Assembly (NCBI RefSeq): GCF_006345805.1
Contig: NC_043003.1
Coordinates: forward strand, 47,492,001 to 47,556,000
Source: Octopus sinensis
Taxonomy: Eukaryota
DNA length: 64,000 bases
Reading direction: 5' to 3'
The position numbers were made by a program, and so were the translations under genes. Each line of letters starts with the position of its first letter. Position 1 is the first letter of the stretch. Of this stretch, positions 25,250 to 38,348 are shown piece after piece. The notes under the pieces are model-generated. The model searched no databases. It was not told the DNA's origin and saw only the letters and a program-made list of their open reading frames with translations.

Positions 25250-25915
25250 TTAGAGGAATTGTATCATATAAGGAAAAAGGAATTTGGACAATGATTGAAA
25301 AAGAATACAGTAATGGAAAAAGCTGCCAAAATTAGAAAATATAAAGAGACAACCATTGTAAGCAAAATCAGTTCTTTCAATCAAGCCAGAAACAGCTTTT
25401 TGATGTTTTTGAAGATTGCATAAGACTGAATGTTGAAGTCAAGCAAACTGGTGAGAAGTTTGGGGAAAAAATGCCAACCACAATAATAAAGTTCAGTGGA
25501 TAAAGCAAGTGGAAAATTATTCTGAAAATGTTGAGGCACAGAAAAATTGTAGTATCACAAAAGTAATATAAAAAGATAGGAAAGTGGAAAAAGCAGGACC
25601 AAACCCGGTCCGTGGTTACTGGCTGAAAGAGTTTGTTTGACAAGTATATGCATACCTATAAAAAAAGGGAACTACCACTGTGGTACTCCCCCTTTTGACA
25701 GGCACTCAATATGATGAACCTGCCTAATGCTGAGTGACAAATTGAAAGGAAACTCTGTCTCAAATTACCAACCAAGTTGGTGTTTACAAATTATGTGGAA
25801 ATTCTTAACAGGAATAATTGTAAAAGAGGTATACCAACACCTGTATGAGAAACACCTAATACTTGATGAATGAAAAAGCCATTGAAAAGAAGTGTAGGAG
25901 AACAAAAGGCCAGTT
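25250..25915 (+). mobile_element. Degenerate R4/Dong-like reverse transcriptase fragment
   Basis: NQKQLF..., KAGPNPVRGYWLKEF, YQPSWCLQIMWKFLTGII, EKKCRRTKG resemble the R4-clade motifs PGPDxxxGYWLK, NYRPITCL..WKLLTGI and EQKGC; many stops. Confidence 0.6.
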
Positions 25916-25919
25916 TCAT

Positions 25920-26255
25920 CATCATTGTTTAAAGTCTGCTTTCCATGCTAGCATGGGTTGGACGATTTGACTGAGGTCTGGTGAATCAGATGGCTGCACC
26001 AGACTCCAATCTGATCTGGCAGGGTTTCTACAGCTGGATGCCCTTCCTAACGCCAACCACTCCGAGAGTGTAGTGGGTGCTTTTATATGCCACCGGCACG
26101 AGGGCCAATCAGGCGGTATTGGCAACGGCCACGCTCAAATGATGCTTTTTATGTGCCACCTGCACAGGAGCCAGTCCAGTGGCACTGGTAACGACCTCAC
26201 TCGAATGTTTTTTCACGTGCCACCAGCACAAGTGCTAGTAAGGCGACATGACTGA
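25920..26255 (+). mobile_element. Interspersed repeat family C (LINE-tail-like, CTGGATGCCCTTCCTAACGCCAACC core)
   Basis: Young copy. Others at ~2795-2945, 19775-19925, 23605-23760, 32640-32880, 35775-35940, 39270-39475, 45330-45610 and 51785-51945, ending in (GAT)n/(CAT)n. Confidence 0.8.
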
Positions 26256-27979
26256 CAAAGAGAGAGGGTGACAAATTTATGCATTATGTAGTCTGGTTAT
26301 AGAAAAGCATATGACCTAGTCCCACACTCCTAGAAAAAACTGGTGTAAAAATGAATGAAACTGAGAAGTTGTACATTTAATAAGTATTATCAATATTAAC
26401 CATGTACAAGATGGCAAGCTGGCAGAATCATTAGCATGCTGGCCAAAGTGCTTAGTGGCATTTCATGTCTTCACATTCTGATTTCAAATTCTGCTGAGGT
26501 TGACTTTGCTTTTCATTCTTTTGGGGTTGATAAAATAAGTACCAATTGAGAACTGGGCTCAATGTAGTTGAGTTACTCCCTCTCCCAAAATTGCTGCCTT
26601 TGTGTCAGAATTTGAAATCAATACTAAACATATAGAGAGAATTTATTCCACTAACAAAACCTTCTTCACATTTGCCAAAAGTGAGATGTCACTTTGCAAA
26701 GCTATATTAAAATACATTTTATATTAATAATCTCAGGTATTCTATTCTTAATTTTAGTACCCGTACTAGTTTTTGTGCTCTTACTACATGGCCATGGGTG
26801 TGTAGCCAAGAAGTTTGCTTCTCAACTACATGGTTTTAGATTCTCTCCCACATGGTTTTAGATTCACTTAGGCAAGTGTCTCTAGCTGTAGTCTTGGGCC
26901 AACCAAAGCCTTGTGAGTGGATTTCATTTACAGAAACTGAAAGGTGCTCTTTGTGTGTATGTGTGTGTTCTTGTCTTGATATCATGTGATGCTTGTGAAT
27001 GATTATCACCATCATGCAAGCAGTATCCTTCTATGAAACATGTCTGCTTATGAGGAAATATTATCTTGCTTGGAAACTGGTGAAGGTTGGCAACAGGAGG
27101 GGCAACTGACCATAGAAAATCTGCCGCAGTAAGTTCTGTGTGGCCTATGGAAACATGGAAAAAATGGACATTAAAATGACAACAACAATGATTAGAATGT
27201 TGTATGTGTGATACACAGAACATACACTTGGCTGGAGTGAAGTAAGATCAGTTGGTGGCGTGGGGAAGATGTTATAATTTGGTTTCCTAAAGTGACTCCC
27301 TTCTTTTTATTCCAGCTACTATCAGGACGACAAGGGAATGAATAATTATTGAATTTTAAGTTTTATTTCTTTAATAATCATTAAGAAATTGTCATCATCA
27401 CCTCCATTATTATTGTCATCATCATCTTTGGCATCATCATTGTCATCGGCATCATTATTATTATTCCCTTGTGACAAATAAAGAACCAATTATTGCTGGT
27501 GTTGATGCTGTTATCTTTATTGTTGATGTTTTTTTTTTCAATTTTTTTTTTTTTTTCAATTGATTGACTGTCTACTAAAAGATTTCTAAAAATAGTGTGA
27601 ACATTCTGGAATGTTCTTGGGAAATGCTATTAAAACTATGAAGATTTTCAAACAAGTTCTTGGCTGATGGTTGGTCGTCATTGTTTCATTTTTGATGTTT
27701 TTCTTTTCCGCTTCCGTACTTTGTTTATTTTTGTTTCATTTTCCTCTCATATTTTGTTTTGTCTTTCTTGTGTGCAGATAAGTGACTGTTCTCTTTCCCA
27801 CTCACATTTACTCTCACTCACTTGCTCTCTCTCTCACCCTCTCACTCTCACTCTCACCCTCTCTCTCTCTCTCCCCTTTGTTGTTTGGCTGCTCTAATTG
27901 ATGAGTAAGTGAACTCTATCTGTTGTTTCTTGTTCTTCATCTTTTTTCTATCACATGTATGTGTGGGTGTGTATCTTCA

Positions 27980-28051
27980 TATATACATATATACGCACAC
28001 ACATGCACACACACACACACACACACACTCTCTCTCTCTCTATATATATAT

Positions 28052-28108
<57 letters not shown>

Positions 28109-28142
28109 TATATATACTATATATATATATATATATACACAC

Positions 28143-28173
<31 letters not shown>

Positions 28174-28352
28174 ATATATATACATATATATATATATACA
28201 TATATATTTATATATTTGTACTTGGAACAACATAAACATCAACATAAACGTGTGTGTGTGTGTGTGTGTGTGAACGTATGTGTTGCTGTACATGTGTGTA
28301 TATATATATATACACATGTACAGCAACATATACGTTCACACACACACACATG
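27980..28352. repeat. Compound (CA)n/(CT)n/(TA)n/(TG)n microsatellite block
   Basis: Direct reading. Confidence 0.95.
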
Positions 28353-30459
28353 TTTATGTTGATGATCACCTGTTGTCTTGAAACAATGCCCTTGTTTCTC
28401 ACCTTTTCCAAAATTTGTACACAAATCCAAAAATCCTCTCAGAACAACACATAAAAAAAAAATCTCATGTCTGAGCTCCTTCAGAGTGATGCAGGGAGGA
28501 TTCAAGGGATTGTTAGTTGTAATGGCGTGATAGGAGGAAGTATTAGGGTGAGGTGCAGAAATGGTGTTCGTTTATTCTCTCAAACTCTCTGGTTTTCTTT
28601 CTCTAGTTTTTCTTTAATTTCTCTCTCTCTTTTTCCTCAACTCTTCCTTCTCTCTTCGTCTCATTCTGAGTCTTTCTCTCACACTGATGCAACACACACA
28701 CACACACACACACTTTCTCACTCATCTCTTGAAATGACAATGTACAAACAGTATTTACTGGAACACTGTGTTTATTAAAATTCTCATTTTAAAACTCAAA
28801 GATGATAGAAAATCATATCTTCTTTAATTATTTTTACTTTTAAGTGTGTTTACATTTTAAAATATTTGAGTATTATGCTGAATGAAGCTAGTTAGCTCTT
28901 TATGGTTCATAAATGTGAGTATAGGAATACTATCTTTGTTTAAAATGGTTTGATGTCATACTGACGTTGGCCTTCAAAGTATGATTTGTTTGCGGAGTGA
29001 TTTGTGTTGTGTCCTTAATTATACATATTCAGTTTAAAAGCATAAGTCATGTTTGAGGCAGTTTGCTAGACTTTTGTTTCATTTTTGTTGGTTTTGAGAT
29101 GCTGGAGTTTGCAATTTTGGGGACAAAATTTGAGGTAGAAAGGTATGAGAATTTAATAGTGTATTTTTTAAAAATTATGTATTTGTGTTGTGTTAAGATA
29201 TTTCTAATGATTGAAGACTACTCTGGTTGCTGAGGTTTTGACTGCTAAGTTATAAGATGACTTGTATTAGCTAATGTTTTCATGTTTGTGTATTTTAGGG
29301 CTCTGGGTTGAGTGTCAGTGTAATCTAACTTGCCCTTAAAGCCACTATCAGATACATCATTAAAATATTGTGGTGAGCCTTTAGAAATTTGTGCATTAGT
29401 TGATAACTATAAAATTCTGAGGAATATTCTTTTAACTTTTTAATCATGTATTTTGGGTGATTTGATTGCAATTGAATGTAGTGTAGGTACTCATTGGCTT
29501 TGTATAATGTATTATATAAAAAAGTATTCAGTTCAAGAATTACATGTATATATAAAGGTACGAGAGTGTGAAGAGAGGAGTATTGTGAGATAGAATAATA
29601 AATAGCAATGAAAATGGATGAAAGTAAAAGAATAGGAGTAATGGATAGTGTTTGATACCAATAATGAGTGATAATTGGGTAGGGAATAGAATATGAAGTT
29701 GTGCTAGTAATAAAGAATGGGCAGTGGAAAAGGGGATATTGAATATGGACAGATCCAGTGTGATGGGAGAGAAATAGAGTGAAAGAGGGAGGTTAGTAGT
29801 AGAGGACAAAGTAATGAAGGAGTGGGGAGAATGGTGTATAGAAACTTTTTGAATCTAATTGTCAAAAGCCATGGATGTATAATACAGTCAAATCTCCATT
29901 ACCACTATCATTTTATATCCTATTTTTGCATTCTTGCATGAGTTGGCTGGGTCCTCTCCTGTATGGCACAAGAAATGACATAGAATCTCTCTTCAGTCTT
30001 TTTTCGTCTCCTTGAGATTCAGCCTCTTGAGTTTATTCCTCATCACTTTGTCCTATGTTTTCTTTAGCTTCCCTTTTCCACAAATTCCATCCACTTTGAG
30101 TGCTTGGCATCTCTTTATAGAACTGACAGCCAAATACACATGCAAATTTTAAAATAAGATTACTGTAAAGCATGTTTGATAATAATATCAAAGCATTTAC
30201 AATAACTGTGTGTGTGTGTGCATGTGCACATGTGCTTGCAGTGTATTCTTGTCAGTGACTAGGTTACAGTTCATACAATGAAAATTTTGATACTCTACAG
30301 CAAATAATAAATGTTTAAGTGAATTTAAAACTTTTCTGTGCATTTTTGAATGGCTAACATGTCTCCCATATTGATTGCTTTAGTTTCAGTGCATAATGCA
30401 GATTAAATCACTTGCTTAGCAAGTATTCCACACACACACACACATACACACACACAAGA

Positions 30460-31089
30460 CCACAGGTGCTAAAGCTGGCTAATAAGGCAGGTGAGGAAGT
30501 GATACCATGTTGCTTTCGGCAAGAAATTCACAAGTGAGGAGAGCTTGGTGACAGGGCGCATTATCACCATGAAGAATCCAATTCTTTGTGCTCCACAGAT
30601 CAGCCACTTTCACCGAATGTCCTCCCTCAGATGCTTTAAAACGTTGCTGTAGAACTCTCGATTGACTGTTTGGCCCCGGGGGTGGGGATTTTCAATGCAC
30701 AATACATTCCTGAGGTTGATGCTTGTGACAGGTCTTCCAGATCACTTATTGTCTTCCAGGGATATACTTCCACTCTTGAAGTACCCGTATCACTCAAAAC
30801 ATTGTGTATGACCCATTGCCATATCACCGTAAGCTTGCAGAAGCATACTCAATGTCTCTGTAGCAGACTTCCGAAGTTTAATGTAAAATTTCACATTGGC
30901 TCTTTGTTCCCATCCATGACAAAATCACAGACATGATCACCAAAACACAAATTTCACAACTTGCTAAGTAAACACAGCTGTGTCACTTGGCACACTGCCT
31001 CATGAAAGTCACTGTTAGCTCTCACTGTGCATGTAACCGTGTGCTGCCATCTGTTGGTGTGCTCAAGAACTTTTTGATACCACCTGATA
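30460..31089 (-). mobile_element. Internally deleted, degenerate mariner (Tc1/mariner) transposon
   Basis: Minus strand EQRANVKFYIKLRKSATETLSMLLQAYGD...CFE*YGYFKSG...SGRP (HTH) joined directly to GQTVNREFY...WILHGDNAPCH...LPHLPY*PALAP (DDD domain), with stops. Mariner-like end TATCAGGTGGTATCAAAAAGTTC at ~31067-31089. Confidence 0.9.
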
Positions 31090-31134
31090 TGTATGTGTGT
31101 TCATATATACATATATGCATACATACATTTCAAT

Positions 31135-31345
31135 ATGTGACCGCATGTGTATTGTTGGCGATTTTCTTTCTCCATCTTCCCTTCCTTGGACTTTTCCTTT
31201 TTCTATGTTTCTGACGAAGAGCTCCACTCGAAACGTTAAATCCTCCATCTTTCTTTCCTTTTCTGAGCGTCCAGTAACACCATACTTGTTCCATGTCCTC
31301 GCGTTGTGTTTTCTCTTTGTTCATGTTTGGATTAACTATACATAC
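31135..31345 (+). mobile_element. Short Penelope-like terminal-repeat element, copy 1
   Basis: ~200-bp pyrimidine-rich unit carrying the hammerhead, ending GTTTGGATTAACTATA; homologous to 32099-32308. Confidence 0.55.
31207..31241 (+). ncRNA. Minimal type-I hammerhead ribozyme motif (Penelope-like)
   Basis: GTTT-CTGACGA-A-GAG-CTCCA-CTC-GAAAC-GT-T-AAAT: conserved core CUGANGA...GAAA, 3-bp stem II, palindromic ACGT stem III, 4-bp stem I. Confidence 0.65.
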
Positions 31346-32098
31346 ATATGTATGTACATACATACATTCATTCATTCATCAAACATTCATGTTGGCATGA
31401 GTTGGACAGTTTTACCAGGAGCTAATAAGCCAGAAGACTGCCAAGCTCCACAGCCTGCTTTGAGAGAGTGTGAAAGTATGACAGAGGGATTGAAACAGGT
31501 GTCTTGCTGTGGAGGAGATTCATGGTTATCCCAGTCAGAGGGAGAGAGTGAGTGAGCGAGTGAGAGACATGGTGGCAATGTGCCAATGTATATTCTCAAG
31601 GTACAAGAATGAAAATATAAACTGGATGGTAGAGGAATATCCAGGGTACAAGGGAGTTCATGTGTGTATTTTATATATATATATATTATATAAATAAATT
31701 TAAGTCACAATATATGGATTCAAGTAATCCAGTAGTACTCATAAAAGAAAAAAAAAACTCCTTGATGTATCATCCTACAAAACATATAGAATATATAGTA
31801 CGATACAAGAGAAAACGATAAGGAGTGTATAAAGTCATAAATGGCAGAGAAATAGTTTGACAAAATTTTATTTAACAAAGACATTCTTTCACCTGAGGAT
31901 GAAGCATAAATTCTGCATTATTTTGAAGGACTTTTTGCATTAATGCAGGCATGTAAGTAATTTATTTATTATTAAATATAATAATATAAATTACTTAAAT
32001 GTTTTTAAATTATGAAACAATTTGTCATGATTTTAGAATTTTTTTTTTATTGTTAATGTTCTCTGTCATCATTTATGACTTTATATATATATATATAT

Positions 32099-32308
32099 GT
32101 GACTGCGTGTGTATCATTGGCGATTTTTTTTTCCTTTGTCTTCCCTTCTCTGGATCTTTCCTTCTCCTATGTTTCTGACGAAGACCTCCGCTCGAAACGT
32201 TAAACCCTCCTTCTTTCCTTCTTTCCTGAGCGTCCAATAATACTATATTTGTTCCACGTCCTCGCATTGTTGTGTTTTTTTGTGCTTTCTTGTTTGGATT
32301 AACTATAT
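32099..32308 (+). mobile_element. Short Penelope-like terminal-repeat element, copy 2
   Basis: Direct, diverged homologue of 31135-31345, flanked by (TA)n on both sides. Confidence 0.55.
32171..32205 (+). ncRNA. Second minimal hammerhead motif (stem II mutated)
   Basis: GTTT-CTGACGA-A-GAC-CTCCG-CTC-GAAAC-GT-T-AAAC: perfect stem I (GTTT/AAAC), one mismatch in stem II relative to copy 1. Confidence 0.55.
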
Positions 32309-32413
32309 ATATATATAAGTTCAGCAAAATTTAGATTCAAATGAATATGGTACTTAAGCTTGATGCACCAGAATTTTGTATGGTGTTATCCATATAAATC
32401 CATGGGGTGATTA

Positions 32414-32627
32414 TAATCAAAATAAGCAACAAGAATATCTTCAGTAATTTGGTACGATCGTTTCATGCTGCATCATTTTTGATGTATTGATGGAAAACCT
32501 CTATAAATGGCTGATGATTGCTCAACATTTTAAAACTGTTGTAATACTTACAATGTTTAATAAAATGATGTAGCATGAAACGATCGTACCAAATTACCGA
32601 AGATATTCTTGTTGCTTATTTTGATTA
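32414..32627. repeat. Near-perfect inverted repeat, 66-bp arms
   Basis: Arms 32414-32479 and 32562-32627, 2 mismatches, 82-nt spacer. Confidence 0.95.
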
Positions 32628-34200
32628 AATATATATATATGGCGTTGGGAAGGTCATCCAGTAGCAGAAACTATGTCAAATCAAACTGGAACCTGGTGCA
32701 GCTCTCTGGCTCATCAGCTCCAGTCAACCTGTCTAACCCATGCTAGCATGGAAAGTGGACATTAAACAATAATGATGATGATATATGCATATGAAGCTTG
32801 GTGCAGTTCTCCAGCTTGCCATCTCTGGTCAAACCATCCATTCCATGCACAACGGATGTTAAACGATGATATGCATGCATGCACACATACACACACACAC
32901 ACACACTTGGTGGCAATTCTTCTCACATTGGTGTGTGTGTATGTGTGCATGTCTGTACAGATGATGCTCTTAGATGATGTTTTTAAAAATCGGCATCACC
33001 ACCACCACGTGGGTTCACTTTATCCAGAGATAAACTTCAAAGGTGAAATAAAAAGAAAATCTTTAATTATCTTGGTGCATTAAGTTGATGGAGTGTTGTT
33101 GTCACCATTGTTTTTTAATCTTATATTGTATTTTAGTTATTTTCAATTGTTGATGTTGGTTATTGTTTGTGTTGTTATTATTGGTGGTGGTGTTGGCGAT
33201 GATGATGTCAGTGTTGTTGTTTAACCAAAAGTCAGCTCCAGCCATGACAATCCAATTTTTATGTCTTTCACTTTTTTTGAAGACAACAGTGTTGTGATTT
33301 GTAGATGATTTGACAGCTATTTCTAGCAAGTGTTGGTACTTGCCAGTAGTACTGCTGTTGTTGTTGATCATAGTTCATGATGGTGGTCATGTTATTGTTG
33401 GGAAATGTAGTTAATGTCGTTTTTAGTAGGTTGTGGTGGTGGTGGTGGTAGTGGTGGTGGTGGTATTCTCATTGTAAATAGGTATATAATCTTTTTATTT
33501 CACCTTATCATCAAAGCACACCTCAGTGGGATGTTTGAGGCTTATGTGTTTATGAGAGATAATCTGTGTGTGTGTGTGTGAGAAAGAGAGAGAGAGAGAG
33601 AGAGTAAGAGAGAAAGAAAGAGATTCCTAGTTAATTTTAATATGATACTTTTATTGTTCTCACCTAAAATTCCATTTGCATTTATTGTTTTTTTGTGGGT
33701 TAACAACTTTCTGATGCCATCCTACACTTTGCTATGATGATGTAGTGCTGGTCTTGTGCTGATTGGCAGTGGAATAGTATTTGTAGTGTTTTGTTTTTCT
33801 GTTTTCCTTTTTTTTTGTGGGTTGTTTAACCACTCCCAGACAGATTAAATTGACTTTTTTAAGCTACTGTTAACAAGTCCCAATCTAAAACCTCTGGCTT
33901 CATTTATAGTGTAATAGCATGTAGTTATGAGCTAACCTCATTTTGAAAAAGTGACCACAGCTCTCTTCTGCAGACTAAGGTTTCTTTCCTTGGTCTGTGC
34001 TAGAGTAACACACTTAACCTTGAATTCCTCCTTTACTATTTTACTCATTTTTTTTTTCTTGGACATAATCCTTATCATCTATTGATTGCACTTACATTTG
34101 TGTCAGACCAGACGACCAGTGTGCCATACTTCATCAGCGTCCTATAAGTTCATAAGAAGCCATTCCACCACTGCCCTCCACCAGGATTTTTCACTGACAT

Positions 34201-34375
34201 TTTAACCCTTTCATTACCATATTCCTGTTGAAACACACTGCCTTTGTTTCAATTAACTTTGAAAATAAGGAAGAATTTAATAAAAGTAACTTTGTTGTCA
34301 TTAAGTTGGTGTTGGGAACATGAATTAACATGAAATTTCAAGGGAGACTTTAATTTAGATCACTTTAACACAAAT
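34201..34375 (+). mobile_element. piggyBac-like MITE end fragment
   Basis: Begins TTAACCCTTTCATTACC; no clear second end seen. Confidence 0.4.
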
Positions 34376-35082
34376 TTTTTTTTATCTTAGAACCATAGGA
34401 AGTTTCAGGTGGATCGGCCTCAGTGATTTATCCTCCCATTGGTGTCCTTGAGCTGCTGTCATGTTGATCAGCTGTTGAGCTTCCCTGCTGTCAATGCTGA
34501 TCAACTGGTTAGGTCTTCATACAGTTTCTTTGATAGCCACGCAGTACATAACCAGCTGGGTTAATTTGGAGTCACTTCAGACTTATTCACACTAAGTCCA
34601 GAAATGATGATTTCTTTTGACCAAGCGGGATCTATCAACCGCTGATCATATTATTATTATTTCAAGGAAAAAAATGGCGAGCTGGCAGAGTTGTTAGCAA
34701 GCCAGGCAAAATGCGTAGTGACATTTCGTCTGTCTCCATGTTTTGAGTTCAAATTCTGCTGAAGTCAACCTTGTCTTTCATCTTTTCAGGGTTGATAAAA
34801 TAAGTACTAGTTGAGTACTGGGATCAATATTATTGACTTACCCCTCCTCCCAAATTGCTGGCCTTGTACCAAAATTTGAAATTATTATCATTTCAGGGAA
34901 ATTTTGGGTGGAGGGGTTTCTTAGTTATCCCTAGAGGTCCCCTGTATCAGGAAGACCACATTACTATCACCTTTCCTTTTTTTTTACTGTTGTATACTAT
35001 GTGTACTTTCTTTCTTTGATTTATTGTATACCAACTATACTTCCTACAATGTTTTAATATATCATCTCACTTATTATTATTA

Positions 35083-35135
35083 TTAGTAGTAGTAGTAGTA
35101 GTAGTACTAGTAGCAGTAGTAGTAGTACTAGCAGC

Positions 35136-35167
<32 letters not shown>

Positions 35168-35202
35168 CAGTAGTAGTAGTAACTGTAGCAGTAGTAGTAG
35201 TA
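35083..35202. repeat. (AGT)n/(AGC)n microsatellite
   Basis: Direct reading. Confidence 0.95.
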
Positions 35203-35405
35203 TTTGGCAGTATCATTAGAGTATCAAATAAAACACTTTGCAGTATTTGTTCTGGCTCTTTATGAGTTCAAATCCTGCCAAGGTCAACTTTGCTTGCCGT
35301 CCTTTCGGGGTCGATAAAATGAGTGACAATCAAGTACCGGGGTCAATGTAATTGAGTTCCCCCTCCCCTCAAAAACTGCTAGCCTTGTGCCAAAATTTGA
35401 AACTG

Positions 35406-35437
<32 letters not shown>

Positions 35438-35673
35438 GTATGTGATACATATATATCAGTTTTGTATCATAAGCATACTGGGTACTCTTAGTGGTCCTCC
35501 TGACTTTGTATCCGTGAATATCTAACACACACACACACACATATATGATATGAGTGTTTCATGTAAAATCATACTTTAAAAAATCATGCAACAAGTACAT
35601 TTTATCTTGGGCAAAACTTTCGAGTCACTGTCAACATTTTGTTTATATAATAAATATATATGTTTATATAATA

Positions 35674-35704
<31 letters not shown>

Positions 35705-35737
35705 CATAAATATAATATATATAACATATATATATAT

Positions 35738-35770
<33 letters not shown>

Positions 35771-37408
35771 AAAAACACCCACTACACTCATGGAGTGGTT
35801 GGCGTTAGGAAGGGCATCCAGCCGTAGAAACACTGCCAGATCAGACTGGGCCTGATGCAGCCTTCTGGCTTCACAGACCCCAGTTGAACCGTCCAACCCA
35901 TGCTAGCATGGAAAGCGGACACTAAATGATGATGATAATTATCAAAACTGCAAAAACTTCACAAAATATCATATGTATGTATATTGCCTTACTTACTCTT
36001 CACTCACTCACTCACTCACTCACCTATTGTCTAGAGAATCTTGGAAACTTTTATCTTCATATGTTAAAAAATACTTTGAGGATAGACAGAAAGTGTGTAT
36101 GATATACTGGGTTTGATTGAATCAACTGGCCAGCTGTAGCCAGCTTCTTCAACTGCTGCCCCATTCTCTTCTTTATGTTCAGCACTTCATATCATCACCT
36201 GCTTTTCGTGAGCCAATAAGGAGCCTTTATGCAGCCACTAGACCTGTACAAAAAAAAAAGCAACCAAATCTCCCTTGAATTATGGCCTACCATTTAAAAA
36301 AAAAAAAAAAAAAGGAAGGACATATTGGATAATGATACACGAGATGCACAATGTTTGAGTAAAAGAAGGAATGGCCACCATTGGAACACCATTGACCATA
36401 GATCTGCTCAGTCACTGCTGACCCGGGGCTAAAGAACAAGAACAGTTTGTAAGCACCCTTTGATGCAGCTGTCTGCTCCTCCTGCTTATAGATACCATCA
36501 TCACCAGAACCACCATTATTCTCATTGTTACTTCCATCACCTGTGACTTCCATGACCATTACCACTGATTTCATCCAATCCACTCTATTGTGGATTAAGT
36601 ATGAAGAGCATCTTTACTATTGGTAATGTTAACCACTCTGTGTGTGTCAGTACCACCATCACCACCTCCACAATCATTACCACCATCACAATTGTCATCA
36701 CTCTTTCCTCTGCCACCACCACTATGATTATCACATCACAGTTTTATCAATGCTGCTGCCATTGTCACCATCATAACTGCCCCCTTCCACCCCCCAACAC
36801 CGCTGCCACCACTCACCATCATTACTGCCCCTCTCCCTACTACCACTCAACCATCATCACCTGCCCATCTCCTCCACCTTATCCTCCTCCTCCTCGTTGT
36901 CCTCCTCCACTCTCTGTCTTTTGTTAATGTATGTGCAGCAGCTGAATTAGTTCCAATTGACAGTTTACGCCACCATAACTTCTGATTGATGTCACCGACT
37001 AGGCTGAGAGTGAGAGGTTTTCAAGGGTGGAGGGAAAGAGGGTGTCTTTAGTGGGTTGAAGAAGGGCAGAGTTGATATTGGTTTTTATATTTTATTAACA
37101 TTTTCAAAATTGTTTTCTGTAGATGCTTCCATAAATTGCCCTTCTTATACCTGCACACATACATACACAACATGCCCAGGCAAACTCCTTTACACATACA
37201 TTCAATCATGACAGCATATAATATACACACATACTCTTAGGTACATACTTACACATGTACAGACACACACACACACACACACACACAGAGCTGTTTTGAT
37301 GTACAATACATACACATACAAAGACACTATCTGCTTACACTCTTTCACATGTACTTACACATTTATGTTCCTTCATCCACAAACAAAAGGATACATGATA
37401 CTGAAATG

Positions 37409-37443
<35 letters not shown>

Positions 37444-37932
37444 CACACCTCTTATAAAATCTTTTTTCACACACATGCATATTGATAAGACTATTCCTTT
37501 ATGGGTTTATTCATAAACACCCATATGCAAATGAACAGGCATGCACATTCTTTTACACTCCCATTTGGGTATACAAACCCCTATACATATAAACATTCAT
37601 GTCAATCTAGCTATCTCTCTGGATACCCACATGTATAAACATTTCTAAACACTGCCATAAGCACTTCTGTTCACACGCATACTTATACGTGTATATCACT
37701 ACTCAAAAGGAAATACCCATGGGTAATATGTGCATACATATGGTCATTACATGCAGAAAATCCCTCGGTTGCTCCAACCCAACTTGTCCCAACAGTGTTT
37801 TCTCCATCACCTTCAATCAGTGTGTTCTAGAATTAGCATGGATCTTTGGCAAACTCTGTCACCCCCCTCTCTCTCTCATGTCCCATCACTCCATTTGTAT
37901 TTCAGTTTGAGAAGAAAATATATATGCATATA

Positions 37933-38095
37933 GCTGCAGGAGTGGCTGTGTGGTAAGTAGCTTGCTTACCAACCACATGGCTCCTGGTTCAGTCCCACTG
38001 TGTGGCACCTTGGGCAAGTGTTTTCTACTATAGCCTCGTGCCGACCAAAGCCTTGTGAGTGGATTTGGTAGATGGAAACTGAAAGACGCCCATCG

Positions 38096-38132
<37 letters not shown>

Positions 38133-38348
38133 ATGTTTGTGCATCTGTGTTTGTCCCCTCCAGCATCACTTGACAACTGATGCTGGTGCTTATATGTCCC
38201 CATAACTTAGTGGTTTGGCAAAAGAAACTGATAGAATAAGCACTAGGTTTACAAAGAATAAGGCCTGGGGTCAATTTGCTTGACTAAAGGCAGTGATCCA
38301 GCATGGCTGCAGTCAAATGACTGAAACAAGTAAAAGAATAAAAGAATA
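37933..38348 (+). mobile_element. tRNA-derived CORE-like SINE family B, full length
   Basis: A box TGGCTGTGTGG, B box GGTTCAGTCCC, CORE-like GGCACCTTGGGCAAGTG, internal (GT)n, tail AAAAGAATAAAAGAAT. Other copies at ~6900-7110(-), 18420-18570(-), 19020-19200(-), 23260-23400(+), 26790-26990(+), 46460-46720(+), 47038-47310(+), 53035-53180(+), 56882-57255(-). Confidence 0.85.

Noticed and set aside
31855-31952. Exon-like stretch ending in GTAAGT (DILSPEDEA*ILHYFEGLFALMQA)
   Set aside because: In-frame stop, no acceptor, no recognised homology.
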